A stretch of 63,828 nt of DNA, the filler included, from Octopus bimaculoides (taxonomy: Eukaryota): assembly GCF_001194135.2 (NCBI RefSeq). It is 6 parts of 6 records of this genome, joined end to end, with 100 filler letters (N's around TTAATTAATTAA, not from the genome) between each part and the next. Parts side by side here need not be neighbours in the genome. Positions count along the whole stretch, not along the records: positions 1 to 30,598 come from NC_068986.1; 5 more parts are not named here. The stretch is one strand, 5' to 3'. Positions within the stretch are counted from its first letter, which is position 1, and every line of letters begins with the position of its first letter. Below, piece by piece: positions 1 to 10,573 of the stretch. Below the pieces are notes generated by a model, which did not search any database, was not told the DNA's origin, and was given only the letters and a program-made list of their open reading frames with translations. Position numbers and translations under genes: made by a program.

Positions 1-152
1 TGATACAGACACTCCCCATACACACATGCACTTACAAAAGACACAGACACATTGAAGGACATGCATGCGTAGACACATACAATAGGAATACAAAATACAA
101 AATGGCTGATAGTTAGCAAGGTGAGACACACATAAGAAAGAAGGAAGAAAAG

Positions 153-196
153 GACCACTGATGAGGTCACAGAAGTGTGACGAAAGAACTCTGGCC
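153..196 (+). ncRNA. Minimal type-I hammerhead ribozyme-like motif (PLE-type)
   Basis: GACCA-CTGATGA-G-GTCACA/GAAG/TGTGAC-GAAA-GAA-CTC|TGGCC. Intact core, 6-bp stem II, stem I GACCA/TGGCC (4 of 5 pairs), CUC cleavage triplet, near-palindromic stem III AGAACT. Confidence 0.6.
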
Positions 197-302
197 GAAA
201 TAAGATTAAGATTAATGTAATATAAAGCTGAAGCAAATTAACACCAAATATACAGTGCGTGTGTTTTTATTGGCTAAACTGGCAATATGACCATCCCCAT
301 GT

Positions 303-336
<34 letters not shown>

Positions 337-644
337 GTATCTCTCTCTCTCTCTCTCTCTCTAGATATAACCGAGATTTTGTGAGGAGATGGATTCCTCT
401 TTAAAGGAATGTCAACATTCAAGCGCTCTCTGGTTTTATCGTATATATCAATGAAATTTCTGGAATTCTGCTTTTCCATGGTAGAATTAGTGTTTATTAT
501 TTATTAGGCACTAGCATTATACATATTTTGGAGTTCCAGTATTTCATTGATATATAAGGGTATAGTCATAGTAATATATCATAAAGAAAATGGAGAGTTT
601 GAACAGATCATAATCAATTTATTTACATTTTTTCAATTATATAA

Positions 645-731
645 GCCTACAATCGTTTCTGTATCAATCTTCATTCGAATTACAATTAAAATTGCCTTAT
701 GAAATAACAAAGGTAGTTATTTCTTCAGGGC
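645..731 (-). ncRNA. Hammerhead ribozyme-like motif, long stem II (copy 1)
   Basis: Minus strand GCC-CTGAAGA-[~60 nt]-GAAAC-GATT-GTA|GGC. Stem I GCC/GGC, GUA cleavage triplet. Confidence 0.6.
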
Positions 732-844
732 AAAAATTGACACATTTGTTTTTACATCCTAATAGAATGAGTGTTTATCAACAGACTAAAATAGTAACAT
801 GCATTTATGTGTGAATGTGCATGTTAGCATGTTGGAAGTTATTA

Positions 845-1200
845 GAAGTTATTATCTGGAAAATTTCCTCAACACATAAGTCATACCTCTTGTCCCCAAT
901 GGTATAAGATTTTGCTTGGCTAATTACTGCCCACTTTCGCTTATATTCCTTGTTTTTATCTTTTATCTCCTGTATCAATCTGCTTAAGCTAGTGCTATCT
1001 GTTTTATTCTTGTCTTTAAAGGTGCTTTTATGGTTAGCTATTCTTGTCTTTATATAATTTTCAGTGGAGCCTATACAGTAATAATTATATTCATCAGATT
1101 CTACCTCACACCTATATATTAAACTTTTTTGTTTTCAAAAATCTTTTAATGGGCAGTGGTTTTTAAATTTACAATCACAACTTTCCTTTTCAGTTTCCTT
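845..1200 (-). pseudogene. GIY-YIG endonuclease domain with CxCx5Cx5C linker
   Basis: Manual translation from 1200: KETEKESCDCKFKNHCPLKDF*KQKSLIYRCEVESDEYNYYCIGSTENYIKTRIANHKSTFKDKNKTDSTSLSRLIQEIKDKNKEYKRKWAVISQAKSYTIGDKRYDLCVEEIFQII. LIY/CIG motifs, catalytic R and E present. Missed by the ORF track (no start codon, TGA at 1135-1137). Confidence 0.85.
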
Positions 1201-1961
1201 TTTAATAACACTGTGCCTATTTCCCCCTTCTACAGGATTATTTCCATTTTGTTTATTTTTAATGTTTTGGTTCCTAACCATAGGTTTTTTTTAGGGTACT
1301 CTGTTTCTTATCTGTCTTAATATTGGTATTTATAATTATTTTGTGTTTATTGCTTATGCTATAAGTATTCTCATATTTTATTACTAATGTTATTACTTTT
1401 ATTGTTATCATTATGTATTTTTTTTTCTCATCTTTACTGGGTTACAAGTTTTTATTTTTCTTATCCATTTGAGAGACATTATGGGTTGTCACACTTCCTC
1501 CACTTGTGTTTTCCATATTTTTGTTATGCTCAACATCATTATTGTTAACAAGCAGGTTACCTGGATTGTTCTTACCTCTATTATCATAGAAATCATTCAA
1601 TTTTTTATTATTCAGTCTAGATATAACATGTGCAATGTTTTTTGGAATGCAGAAGCCCACTTTTGGATTACATGCATTTATTATCTTGTGGTATTTATTT
1701 TCTTCCTTAAAATGCTTGGAGATAACTTTATAGAACAGTTTCACTAAATTGGTTTTAATTTGTTTTGCAAATGGAATTATTAGCCATGTAATATTGTTTT
1801 CACTGGGATTTCTATTAAAATAACCTTTATGTAGGTTTACTGTATTTATATATGGGGTATAGCATTTTATTGTGCTTTTATGAATTTTATTGTTTAGGTT
1901 TAGGATATCAACCCGTAAGCTTTTGAATAGCAACCCGTAAGCTTTTGAATAGCAACCCTTA

Positions 1962-3090
1962 AGCTTAAGTAGATTAATATGGAAGATATAAGATAAAAAC
2001 AAGGAATATAAGCTAAAGTAGGAAGTAATTAGCCAAGCAAAATCTTATACCATTGGGGACAAGAGGTGTGACTTGTGTGTTGAGGAAGTTTTCCAGATAA
2101 TACTTCTAAGCATAAACTTATCAACAGTAAAAGAGAAAGAGGATTATCCTGCCCACACAGGAGTAAATACATATTTAAAAATACAATTAAAATAGAAAAA
2201 TTAAATAACAGTCGGTCTAATAGAAAATATAAAAATACAAGTTCTAGAATATAAGTTTATGATGTAAGTCTAATAATAACAACAAAATAAAACTCAAATT
2301 CTTGAAAGTAAGACACAACCACCATAAAACAAAAGTAAAATCTAGCCCAGTTACATGATATATAGCAAGCAATACCCCGATTAAATAGATGTAATTAAAT
2401 TAATTAAATGAAATATAAAAATTAACCCCAGACACCAAAAATTATGACTAACACATCTACAAAATAATTAATAAAAATTATACTATCAATTCAAGTTCTC
2501 ACAATTGATAATATAAATTAAAATGAAATAAATAGATTTACTTACTGATAAATGAAAAATAAGTATGTACACACCTATAATGGTTTCTCTGTTTCAAACA
2601 TGCCAACATGCGCATGTGCACATAAATAAATGCATGTTGCTATTTTAGTTTGTTGATGAATACTCCATCTATAAGAATGTAAAAACAAATGTGTCAATTT
2701 TTGCCCTGAAGAAATATTTATCCTTCATTATTTCATAATGCAATTTTAATTGTAATTTGAATGAAGATTGATACAGAAATGATTGTAGGCTTATATAATT
2801 GACGAAGTGTAAATAAATTGATTATGATCTGTTCAAACTCTCCATTTTCTTTATGATATATTACTATGACTATAGCCACATATGTTGGTGAGAAGTAAAC
2901 ATCTATATGAAATACTGGAACTCCAAAATGTGTATAATACTGGTACCTAATAAATAATAGAAACTAATTCTACCATAGAAAAGCAGGATTCCAGAAATCT
3001 CATCAATATATATGATAAAACCGGAGGATGCTTGGATGTTGACATTCCTTTAAAGAGGAACTATCTCCTCACAAAACCTCACTTATATAT
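1962..3090 (+). mobile_element. Inverted 3' partial copy (pseudo-LTR) of the same PLE
   Basis: 1962-2110 is the reverse complement of ~843-990 (SLSRLIWK...KSYTIGDKRCDLCVEEVFQII). It continues LINSKRERGLSCPHRSKYIF. 2600-3090 is the reverse complement of ~363-835. Ends in a (TA)/(CA) microsatellite. Confidence 0.85.
2703..2790 (+). ncRNA. Hammerhead ribozyme-like motif, long stem II (copy 2)
   Basis: GCC-CTGAAGA...CTTCATT...AATGAAG...GAAAT-GATT-GTA|GGC. Confidence 0.55.
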
Positions 3091-3100
3091 GCATACATAC

Positions 3101-3134
<34 letters not shown>

Positions 3135-3271
3135 ATACATATATAGATATATATATATCACTCACTCTCCTTTTTTCATGCATTCTTTGCTTGCACTTTA
3201 TCTCAAACTTTTCATATGAATTTGCTGAAATGATCTTCTGTTCAATCTTAATTTTCACTATGAACAAAAAG

Positions 3272-3518
3272 ATATGCACATATAAACAAACACGTGCTGC
3301 TATTTTAGTTTGTTGATGAACACTCAGTCTATTAGGATGTAAAAACCAATATGTCAATTTTTGCCCTAAAGAAATATCTACCTTCATTATTTCATAATGC
3401 AATTTTAATTGTAATTTGAATAAAGATTGATATAGAAATGATCGTAGGCTTATATATTTGACAAAATGTAAATAAATTGATCATGATCTGTTCAAACTCT
3501 GCATTTTCTTTATGATAT
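3272..3518 (+). mobile_element. Third, short tandem copy of the PLE 3' region
   Basis: Direct repeat of ~2615-2860, followed by (TA)/(TG)n. Confidence 0.85.
3363..3449 (+). ncRNA. Hammerhead ribozyme-like motif, long stem II (copy 3, core mutated)
   Basis: GCC-CTAAAGA (G5>A)-A-ATATC...GATAT-A-GAAAT-GATC-GTA|GGC. Confidence 0.5.
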
Positions 3519-3553
3519 ATATATGTGTGTGTGTATATGTATATATATATATA

Positions 3554-3777
3554 ATCATCATCATCGTTTAACGTCCGCTTTCCATGCTAGCATGGGTTGG
3601 ACGATTTGACTGAGGACTGGTGAAACCGGATGGCAACACCAGGCTCCAATCTAATTTGGCAGAGTTTCTACAGCTGGATGCCCTTCCTAACGCCAACCAC
3701 TCAGAGAGTGTAGTGGGTGCTTTTATGTGTCACCCACACGAAAACGGCCACGCTCGAAATGGTGTCTTTTATGTGCC
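3554..3777 (-). mobile_element. RTE-LINE 3' tail or related SINE tail with (ATG)n end
   Basis: Reverse complement of 58380-58552 (GGAAGGGCATCCAGCTGTAGAAAC...CATGCTAGCATGGAAAG.GGACGTTAAA(CGA/TGA)n). Runs into a gap. Confidence 0.8.
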
Positions 3778-4535
3778 NNNNNNNNNNNNNNNNNNNNNNN
3801 NNNNNNNNNNNNNNNNNNNNNNNNNNNNNNNNNNNNNNNNNNNNNNNNNNNNNNNNNNNNNNNNNNNNNNNNNNNNNNNNNNNNNNNNNNNNNNNNNNNN
3901 NNNNNNNNNNNNNNNNNNNNNNNNNNNNNNNNNNNNNNNNNNNNNNNNNNNNNNNNNNNNNNNNNNNNNNNNNNNNNNNNNNNNNNNNNNNNNNNNNNNN
4001 NNNNNNNNNNNNNNNNNNNNNNNNNNNNNNNNNNNNNNNNNNNNNNNNNNNNNNNNNNNNNNNNNNNNNNNNNNNNNNNNNNNNNNNNNNNNNNNNNNNN
4101 NNNNNNNNNNNNNNNNNNNNNNNNNNNNNNNNNNNNNNNNNNNNNNNNNNNNNNNNNNNNNNNNNNNNNNNNNNNNNNNNNNNNNNNNNNNNNNNNNNNN
4201 NNNNNNNNNNNNNNNNNNNNNNNNNNNNNNNNNNNNNNNNNNNNNNNNNNNNNNNNNNNNNNNNNNNNNNNNNNNNNNNNNNNNNNNNNNNNNNNNNNNN
4301 NNNNNNNNNNNNNNNNNNNNNNNNNNNNNNNNNNNNNNNNNNNNNNNNNNNNNNNNNNNNNNNNNNNNNNNNNNNNNNNNNNNNNNNNNNNNNNNNNNNN
4401 NNNNNNNNNNNNNNNNNNNNNNNNNNNNNNNNNNNNNNNNNNNNNNNNNNNNNNNNNNNNNNNNNNNNNNNNNNNNNNNNNNNNNNNNNNNNNNTATATA
4501 TATATTACATATTATTACATATACACACGTACATA

Positions 4536-5802
4536 CATGAGGTGTGTTCATCAAAGATTTCCCCTGACCCACTTCCATTTATTGCAGGAAACAGAACTTG
4601 TACAGGTATAATCATACGTGTCTCTACATGGCACATTATAAATTTCAGCTGTCCACTAATATTTGTTTGTCTTTTACGGTTGCTGAAGTGTACAAAGGTG
4701 TTTTAATGAAGGCAGTTGAATGCAGATCAGTGATCAGGTTCTTGTATTTGAAAGGTCATACATCAAAAGAGACTTTCGATGAGATGAAAGAAGTTTATGG
4801 TGATGATGCACCATCATACAAGATAGTCAAGCACTGGCATCACCAGTTCAAATGTGGTTGGACATCGGTAGAAACTGCTCCTATTCTTGGACAACCACAT
4901 TCTACCATTGATGATGACACCATCCATAAAGTGGAAGCTGCCATTTTGGAGTATTGTTGCAGGGCTATTTGGTTACTAGCCCAAGAAATGAAGATAAGTG
5001 TAGGGTCCATGGAAAAAATGATTCATGACTATTTGCACATGCGGAAGTGGTTTGCACGATGGACTCCCCAGATGCTCACACCTTTTCAGATGCTGGAACA
5101 AATCAATTGCTCCCAGGCTCTTTAGTAATGTGCTAAGAAAGCAAGGAGGACTTGTTTGGCAGACTTATAACACAGGATGAAACATGGGTCCATCACTAAG
5201 ATCCTGAGACTAAAGTCCAGTTGAAGCAATGGAAACATGATAACTCACAACCTGCAAAGAAGGCTCATGTCCAGCCCTCAGCAGGCAAGATGATGTTCAC
5301 AGTCTTTTGGGACCTCTACAGATTAGTGATGATGGCAAAGGTCACCACAATTAATGGGGCATATTATGCTTCACTGCTACAGAAATTGTGGGATGCTATC
5401 AAAATAGAGAGGCTTGGAATGCTGACCAAAGGAGCCTGCCTCCTCCAAGACAATGCTCTAGTTTACAATGTACATGTTGCCCAGATGAAAGCACACCCCT
5501 GTGGCTATGAAATCCTTCCTCATTCTCCTTACTCTCCTGACCTCACACCATCTGACTTCCACATCTTTCCAACCATGAAGTCTTTTTAAGATGATGATGA
5601 ACTTATTTCCTAGGTAGTCTTGGCTGCTGACACAACCTACTGACTACTACAGACGAGATTTTCACAGTTGTGTAAAGTGATGGGAGGAGGCATCACCATT
5701 GGTGGGGGCTATGTAGAGAAGGACTAATAATTATGCCTAGTTTCATTTATCCCAATCCTTGGGAAGTAGGTTAGGGGAAATCTTTAATGAACACTCCTCA
5801 TG
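4536..5802 (+). mobile_element. Full-length decayed mariner (DD34D) transposon
   Basis: ~40-bp TIRs (CATGAGGTGTGTTCATCAAAGATTTCCCCTGACCCACTTCC / GGAAGTAGGTTAGGGGAAATCTTTAATGAACACTCCTCATG), TA on both sides, 1267 bp. Transposase from ATG 4706: HTH region, ITQDETWVHH, LLQDNA, PYSPDLTPSDF, with stops and a frameshift near 5125. Confidence 0.95.
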
Positions 5803-5881
5803 TATATATGTGTGTGAGTGTATGTGTGTGTGTGTGTGTATACATATATGTATATATGTACACACACATATATATACATAT

Positions 5882-5920
<39 letters not shown>

Positions 5921-6165
5921 GTTGTGGCGTGCAAGAGAGACGATTGCGCTGGTATGGACATGTGGTGAGAATGGAGGAGGATAGCTGCGTGAAAAAGTGC
6001 CACACCCTAACAGTTGAGGGAACCCGTGGAAGAGGTAGGCCCAGGAAGACCTGGGCTGAGGTGGTGAGGCAAGACCTTCGTACATTGGGCCTCACCGAGG
6101 CGATGACTACTGACCGAGACCTTTGGAAATATGCTGTGCGTGAGAAGACCCTGCAAGCCAAGTAA
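5921..6165 (+). mobile_element. RTE-clade LINE ORF2 C-terminus
   Basis: ERRLRWYGHVVRM...GTRGRGRPRKTWAEVVRQDL...DRDLWKYAV, then stop. Starts right after (TA)n. Confidence 0.9.
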
Positions 6166-6990
6166 GATCGTTGNNNNNNNNNNNNNNNNNNNNNNNNNNN
6201 NNNNNNNNNNNNNNNNNNNNNNNNNNNNNNNNNNNNNNNNNNNNNNNNNNNNNNNNNNNNNNNNNNNNNNNNNNNNNNNNNNNNNNNNNNNNNNNNNNNN
6301 NNNNNNNNNNNNNNNNNNNNNNNNNNNNNNNNNNNNNNNNNNNNNNNNNNNNNNNNNNNNNNNNNNNNNNNNNNNNNNNNNNNNNNNNNNNNNNNNNNNN
6401 NNNNNNNNNNNNNNNNNNNNNNNNNNNNNNNNNNNNNNNNNNNNNNNNNNNNNNNNNNNNNNNNNNNNNNNNNNNNNNNNNNNNNNNNNNNNNNNNNNNN
6501 NNNNNNNNNNNNNNNNNNNNNNNNNNNNNNNNNNNNNNNNNNNNNNNNNNNNNNNNNNNNNNNNNNNNNNNNNNNNNNNNNNNNNNNNNNNNNNNNNNNN
6601 NNNNNNNNNNNNNNNNNNNNNNNNNNNNNNNNNNNNNNNNNNNNNNNNNNNNNNNNNNNNNNNNNNNNNNNNNNNNNNNNNNNNNNNNNNNNNNNNNNNN
6701 NNNNNNNNNNNNNNNNNNNNNNNNNNNNNNNNNNNNNNNNNNNNNNNNNNNNNNNNNNNNNNNNNNNNNNNNNNNNNNNNNNNNNNNNNNNNNNNNNNNN
6801 NNNNNNNNNNNNNNNNNNNNNNNNNNNNNNNNNNNNNNNNNNNNNNNNNNNNNNNNNNNNNNNNNNNNNNNNNNNNNNNNNNNNNNNNNNNNNNNNNNNN
6901 NNNNNNNNNNNNNNNNNNNNNNNNNNNNATATATATATATATAATCAAAATTAATCAAAGGACATAACAGTAAAAACTTTTATTTAAATC

Positions 6991-7211
6991 ATCATCAAAA
7001 TACACTGATAATATCTACAGAAATTAACATATATACATGTAAATAGATAGAAAACAAAGACTGAAAATATTAAGACAATGAATATTCATGTCTAAATATT
7101 ATATTTATATATTAACAGATATTTATATAGAAATGGAGCACACCTACACAGAGTACAAACACAGAAATCAATGGTTGATTTTTGTAGTTATTATCAGTGT
7201 ATTTTGATGAT
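6991..7211. repeat. MITE-like fold-back with ~38-bp imperfect terminal inverted repeats
   Basis: ATCATCAAAATACACTGATAATATCTACAGAAATTAAC vs GTTGATTTTTGTAGTTATTATCAGTGTATTTTGATGAT (3 mismatches). No clear TSD. Confidence 0.5.
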
Positions 7212-7224
7212 TGGCCACGACTAT

Positions 7225-7380
7225 GATTTCACTTGACTTGATGAGTCTTCTCAAGCTCAGCATATCACCAAAGGTCTCGGTCACTAGTCATCACCATGAG
7301 GTCTGACAGTTGAAGATCATGCTACCGGCAAAGGCCATGATTATGATTTCACAGGTGCCATTCACATGACACTGGCAAAA
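7225..7380 (-). mobile_element. Degenerate RTE ORF2-end/3'UTR fragment
   Basis: CATATCACCAAAGGTCTCGGTCACTAGTCATC matches the reverse complement of 6100-6165. Confidence 0.6.
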
Positions 7381-7837
7381 ATATTTGTATATATACATTC
7401 AAAATAAATCCTAACTCAGTTTTAACGATCAGTATTCCAGTTGTTTGATCAACTGAATGATCTACAGGTTAAATTAGTTTTTTTTCCAGCATACAAGTTT
7501 AAACTTTTCAGATCGAAATTTACAGATAAAAAAGGTAGATCAACTTATACACAAAGATGACTTTGGAGAACCAAGAATTCCATGTGAACTGCAGCAGGAT
7601 TTGGGAAGATAGCGAAAATGTTTGAATGTTTACACTATATATTTAAACTACATATTATGTCCACTAGTATGCCCGAAAATACAGTATAGCATAAGTAACA
7701 GAGTATCCAACAGACAGTTGTACTCTTTACATAATCTGCAGCGCGAATGAGTTGACTCACTGTGTTACAGGTTGACTCTGTCAATAGCAGGAACAATTTA
7801 CTTACAGAATTTCTAGCTGTTTAATTTCACACACAAA

Positions 7838-7932
7838 TCAAACCTAGTCTATAGCAGAAGACACTTGTCTAAAGATCTTTGCAGTGGGATCAAGCTCTGG
7901 ATTTGTGATTGTGAGGCAAACTTCTTAACTAT
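7838..7932 (-). mobile_element. SINE family A head fragment
   Basis: CTATAGCAGAAGACACTTGTCTAAAG...GCAGTGGGATC...GGCAAACTTCTTAAC, similar to 10875-10950. Confidence 0.5.
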
Positions 7933-8395
7933 TTGGTCAATGGTGGGAAAACAAATGTAAAATTGGTCTAATATGTAAAAAAAAAAAAAGATTCTAAACA
8001 AAGGACTTTTTAGTAAATGAAATAGTGAAATTTTTCAGATTGCCATGTTTACTGTTGCACTATGCATACATGCGTTCTCTCTTCTCTCTTAAATGTTTAA
8101 AATGAGTTGTTATTAATAACATTATAGTTTTTCTGATTATTAACTTAATCATAACAGCTGGAGTACATATATATATATTTTTTAATATAGTTGGTTTTGG
8201 TTAATTGCATAGCTTCAGTGACTGAAATTCTTATGTAATTAACTGAATTCATTTAGTAATCAATAAATTATGAAAATTTGATATAATTGTAACAGTAAGT
8301 CAATGTGACTATTATATATGTATGAGTGATATAACAAAACAAGAATAAACTGGTTTTTACTTCCAATTCATTTTGTTTCATTGAACATTGATCTA

Positions 8396-9624
8396 TTAGG
8401 TTGTTTCACATGAAATGTCGCATTTTAAATTACTTGTTATTTCAGTCATTTAAAAACTCAATTATATATACCTTGCATTTAATATTGACTCTTTTTCTTT
8501 CCCAACAATATTGGTATACAAAATTCGTACTCACAAACCTCATGAAAATGTTAATAACCAAACTATGTTGAGTGATTTTCTTGTATGAGTACAAATTGGG
8601 TCACTCTGCTGCAGGAGCTCTACAGAATATCAAGCCTTTGGTAATGGTTTTGTTGACATCAGAACTGTTCAAAGATGGTTCCAAAGCTCTCGTTCAGGAG
8701 ATGATTGCCTTGAAAATAAACCAAGGGGTAAGCCAAAATCAGTTATTTGGCATGATGGATTAAATGCTTTGGTTGAACAAAATCCAAGAACAAAGGTTTG
8801 AAAAATTTCAACAGAACTCCAAACATCTCGCACAACTGTTTTTATACACCTGTAAAAAATTGGAAAAGTCAAGAAAACAGATAGGTTTGTTCCACATCAA
8901 CTAAATGAGATTCAAAAAAATAGATGCCTCAAAGAACGTTCCTTTTTGCTTTCTCAAATGGAAAAAGACCATCAAATCGTTACATGTGATGAGAAATGGA
9001 TACTCTTTGACAACAGCAGGAGAACAGGACAGCAATTAGATGCAGGAGAGTCACCTAAACACTACCCAAACCCACCATTGCACCCTAAAAAGTTAGTGGT
9101 TACTGTATGATTGTCTTTTAAGGCAATTTTTCATTATTCATTTTTGCAACAAGGAAAAATGCTATCAGCAACATCGGATTTCCAGGAAATTAATTGTATG
9201 CATGAAAAAGAAGTAACCCAGACTAGTGAATAGAGATAGCCCAATTTTGCTCCATAACAATGCACGTCCTCACACTTCTCAAGCTATGGTCCAAAAGTTG
9301 CAAAGCCTGAATTATGAGATTTTGCAACATCCTCCCTATTCCCTTGGTATCTCTCCTACTGATCATCACTTATTTAAGCATTTTGAGCTTTTCATAAGCA
9401 ATAAAACAATCCTAAATAGAGAAAAAGTAATTGAAGCATTTGGACAGTTTATCACAGCAAAAGATGAATTTTTTTTTACTGATGGAATATATGACAAAGA
9501 AACGTTGGGTAAATGTCATAAATGAACATGGATCATACTTTGATTAAATAAATCAGTTCTCTAACACTTCTGAAACATTTTATTGTTACCTTTCAAATAT
9601 GACATTTCATATGAAACAGCTTAA
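8396..9624 (+). mobile_element. Full-length decayed mariner (Hsmar1/cecropia-like)
   Basis: TIRs TTAGGTTGTTTCACATGAAATGTC / GACATTTCATATGAAACAGCTTAA, TA flanks, 1229 bp. Fragments IFLYEYKLGHSAA, IVTCDEKWILFDN, LHPKKLVVTV, LLHNNARPH, HPPYSLGISPTDHHLF. Confidence 0.9.
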
Positions 9625-10573
9625 TATATATCTTATAAAGTTTACTACAAGCTCAGCAGTGTCGAGTTCATTACTTCACAGGACACAACCAAGACATTCA
9701 ATTTACTTTCACTTCAAGCTGTTTTATTTTTTTTATCAATCCATTCATCCCTTCCTCCCTCCCTCTATTTCCTCTCCTTCCCCCTCCCTCAATCCATCCA
9801 TCTATTCACCCATCCATTCATCTTTTTCATTCACTACTCCTAGGAAGGTTTAGGAGTACAGTCCTTAATCTACTTCCACCATATTCCATATAACTCTACT
9901 CTTCTCTCCTTCCCATCTCAATACTTGTGTAACAAGGGATTGTACTGGACCAATTGGTATCTGATACACCCTCCATCATCCTACTGTTGTCAGCCACCTC
10001 TCCATTTCATGTAGGTTGCTTGTTCTTGACACCCATCTCTTTATTACCACCAACTATTTTTACAACTATCTATTCGTGTAGCTGCCATTACTGTTTCTCT
10101 TCCATTACCTTCTGCCATTACTATCTCTCTCTCTCTGTGTCTTCCCCCTCTCTCTCTTTCTTTAATTACTGTCTATCTTTACTGTTTCTTTCTCTCTCTC
10201 TCTGTAACCTCTGACATTGCTGTCTGTTGTCTGTTTCTTTCATTACACTCTGCCATGACTCCTGACATTGTTTCATCCACATCTACCACTCTGTCTCCAC
10301 TGCCATACTCTTGCTTCTTTCTCACTCTCATTCTAGTTCATGTTCTATCCCTATATCTTCAATTCACACAAAATGTGAAATAGTGAAGATTCTTCAGTTT
10401 TACAGATTACAAAGCAATATTGGTAGTCATATGATAAAAATGCACTCAGTACACATTATAAAGTGGTTGGCAAAAGAGCAGAGAGACCATGTAGGTGTCA
10501 AGAGACCTTTTAGTTTTGTCTTGCCAAGGTATTACAGCCTCATCTCTATTGCTTGTCTCACAATAAACTGCAC

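Larger units (their letters stand above)
363..1969 (-). mobile_element. 5'-truncated, decayed Penelope-like retroelement (Hydra-like, C-terminal GIY-YIG)
   Basis: Minus ORF 1442..2002 has NNITWLIIPFAKQIKTNLVKLFYKVISKHF...YHKIIN...KVGFCIPKNIAHVISRLNNKKL, like the PLE RT thumb/linker RNIIWFNPPFS...KHF...HKIFN...KVSYSC.PN....I..HNKKIL. A frameshifted continuation gives the endonuclease. The 3' end abuts (TA)n/(TC)n at 313-362. Confidence 0.85.

Noticed and set aside
700-735. Hairpin TTGCC…GGCAA as a SECIS
   Set aside because: No GA/GA quartet geometry or apical AA. It overlaps the HHR core instead.
2650-2700. TTGATGA…AAAAAC as a second hammerhead in the PLE tail
   Set aside because: All three copies have AAAA instead of GAAA, and there is no stem I.
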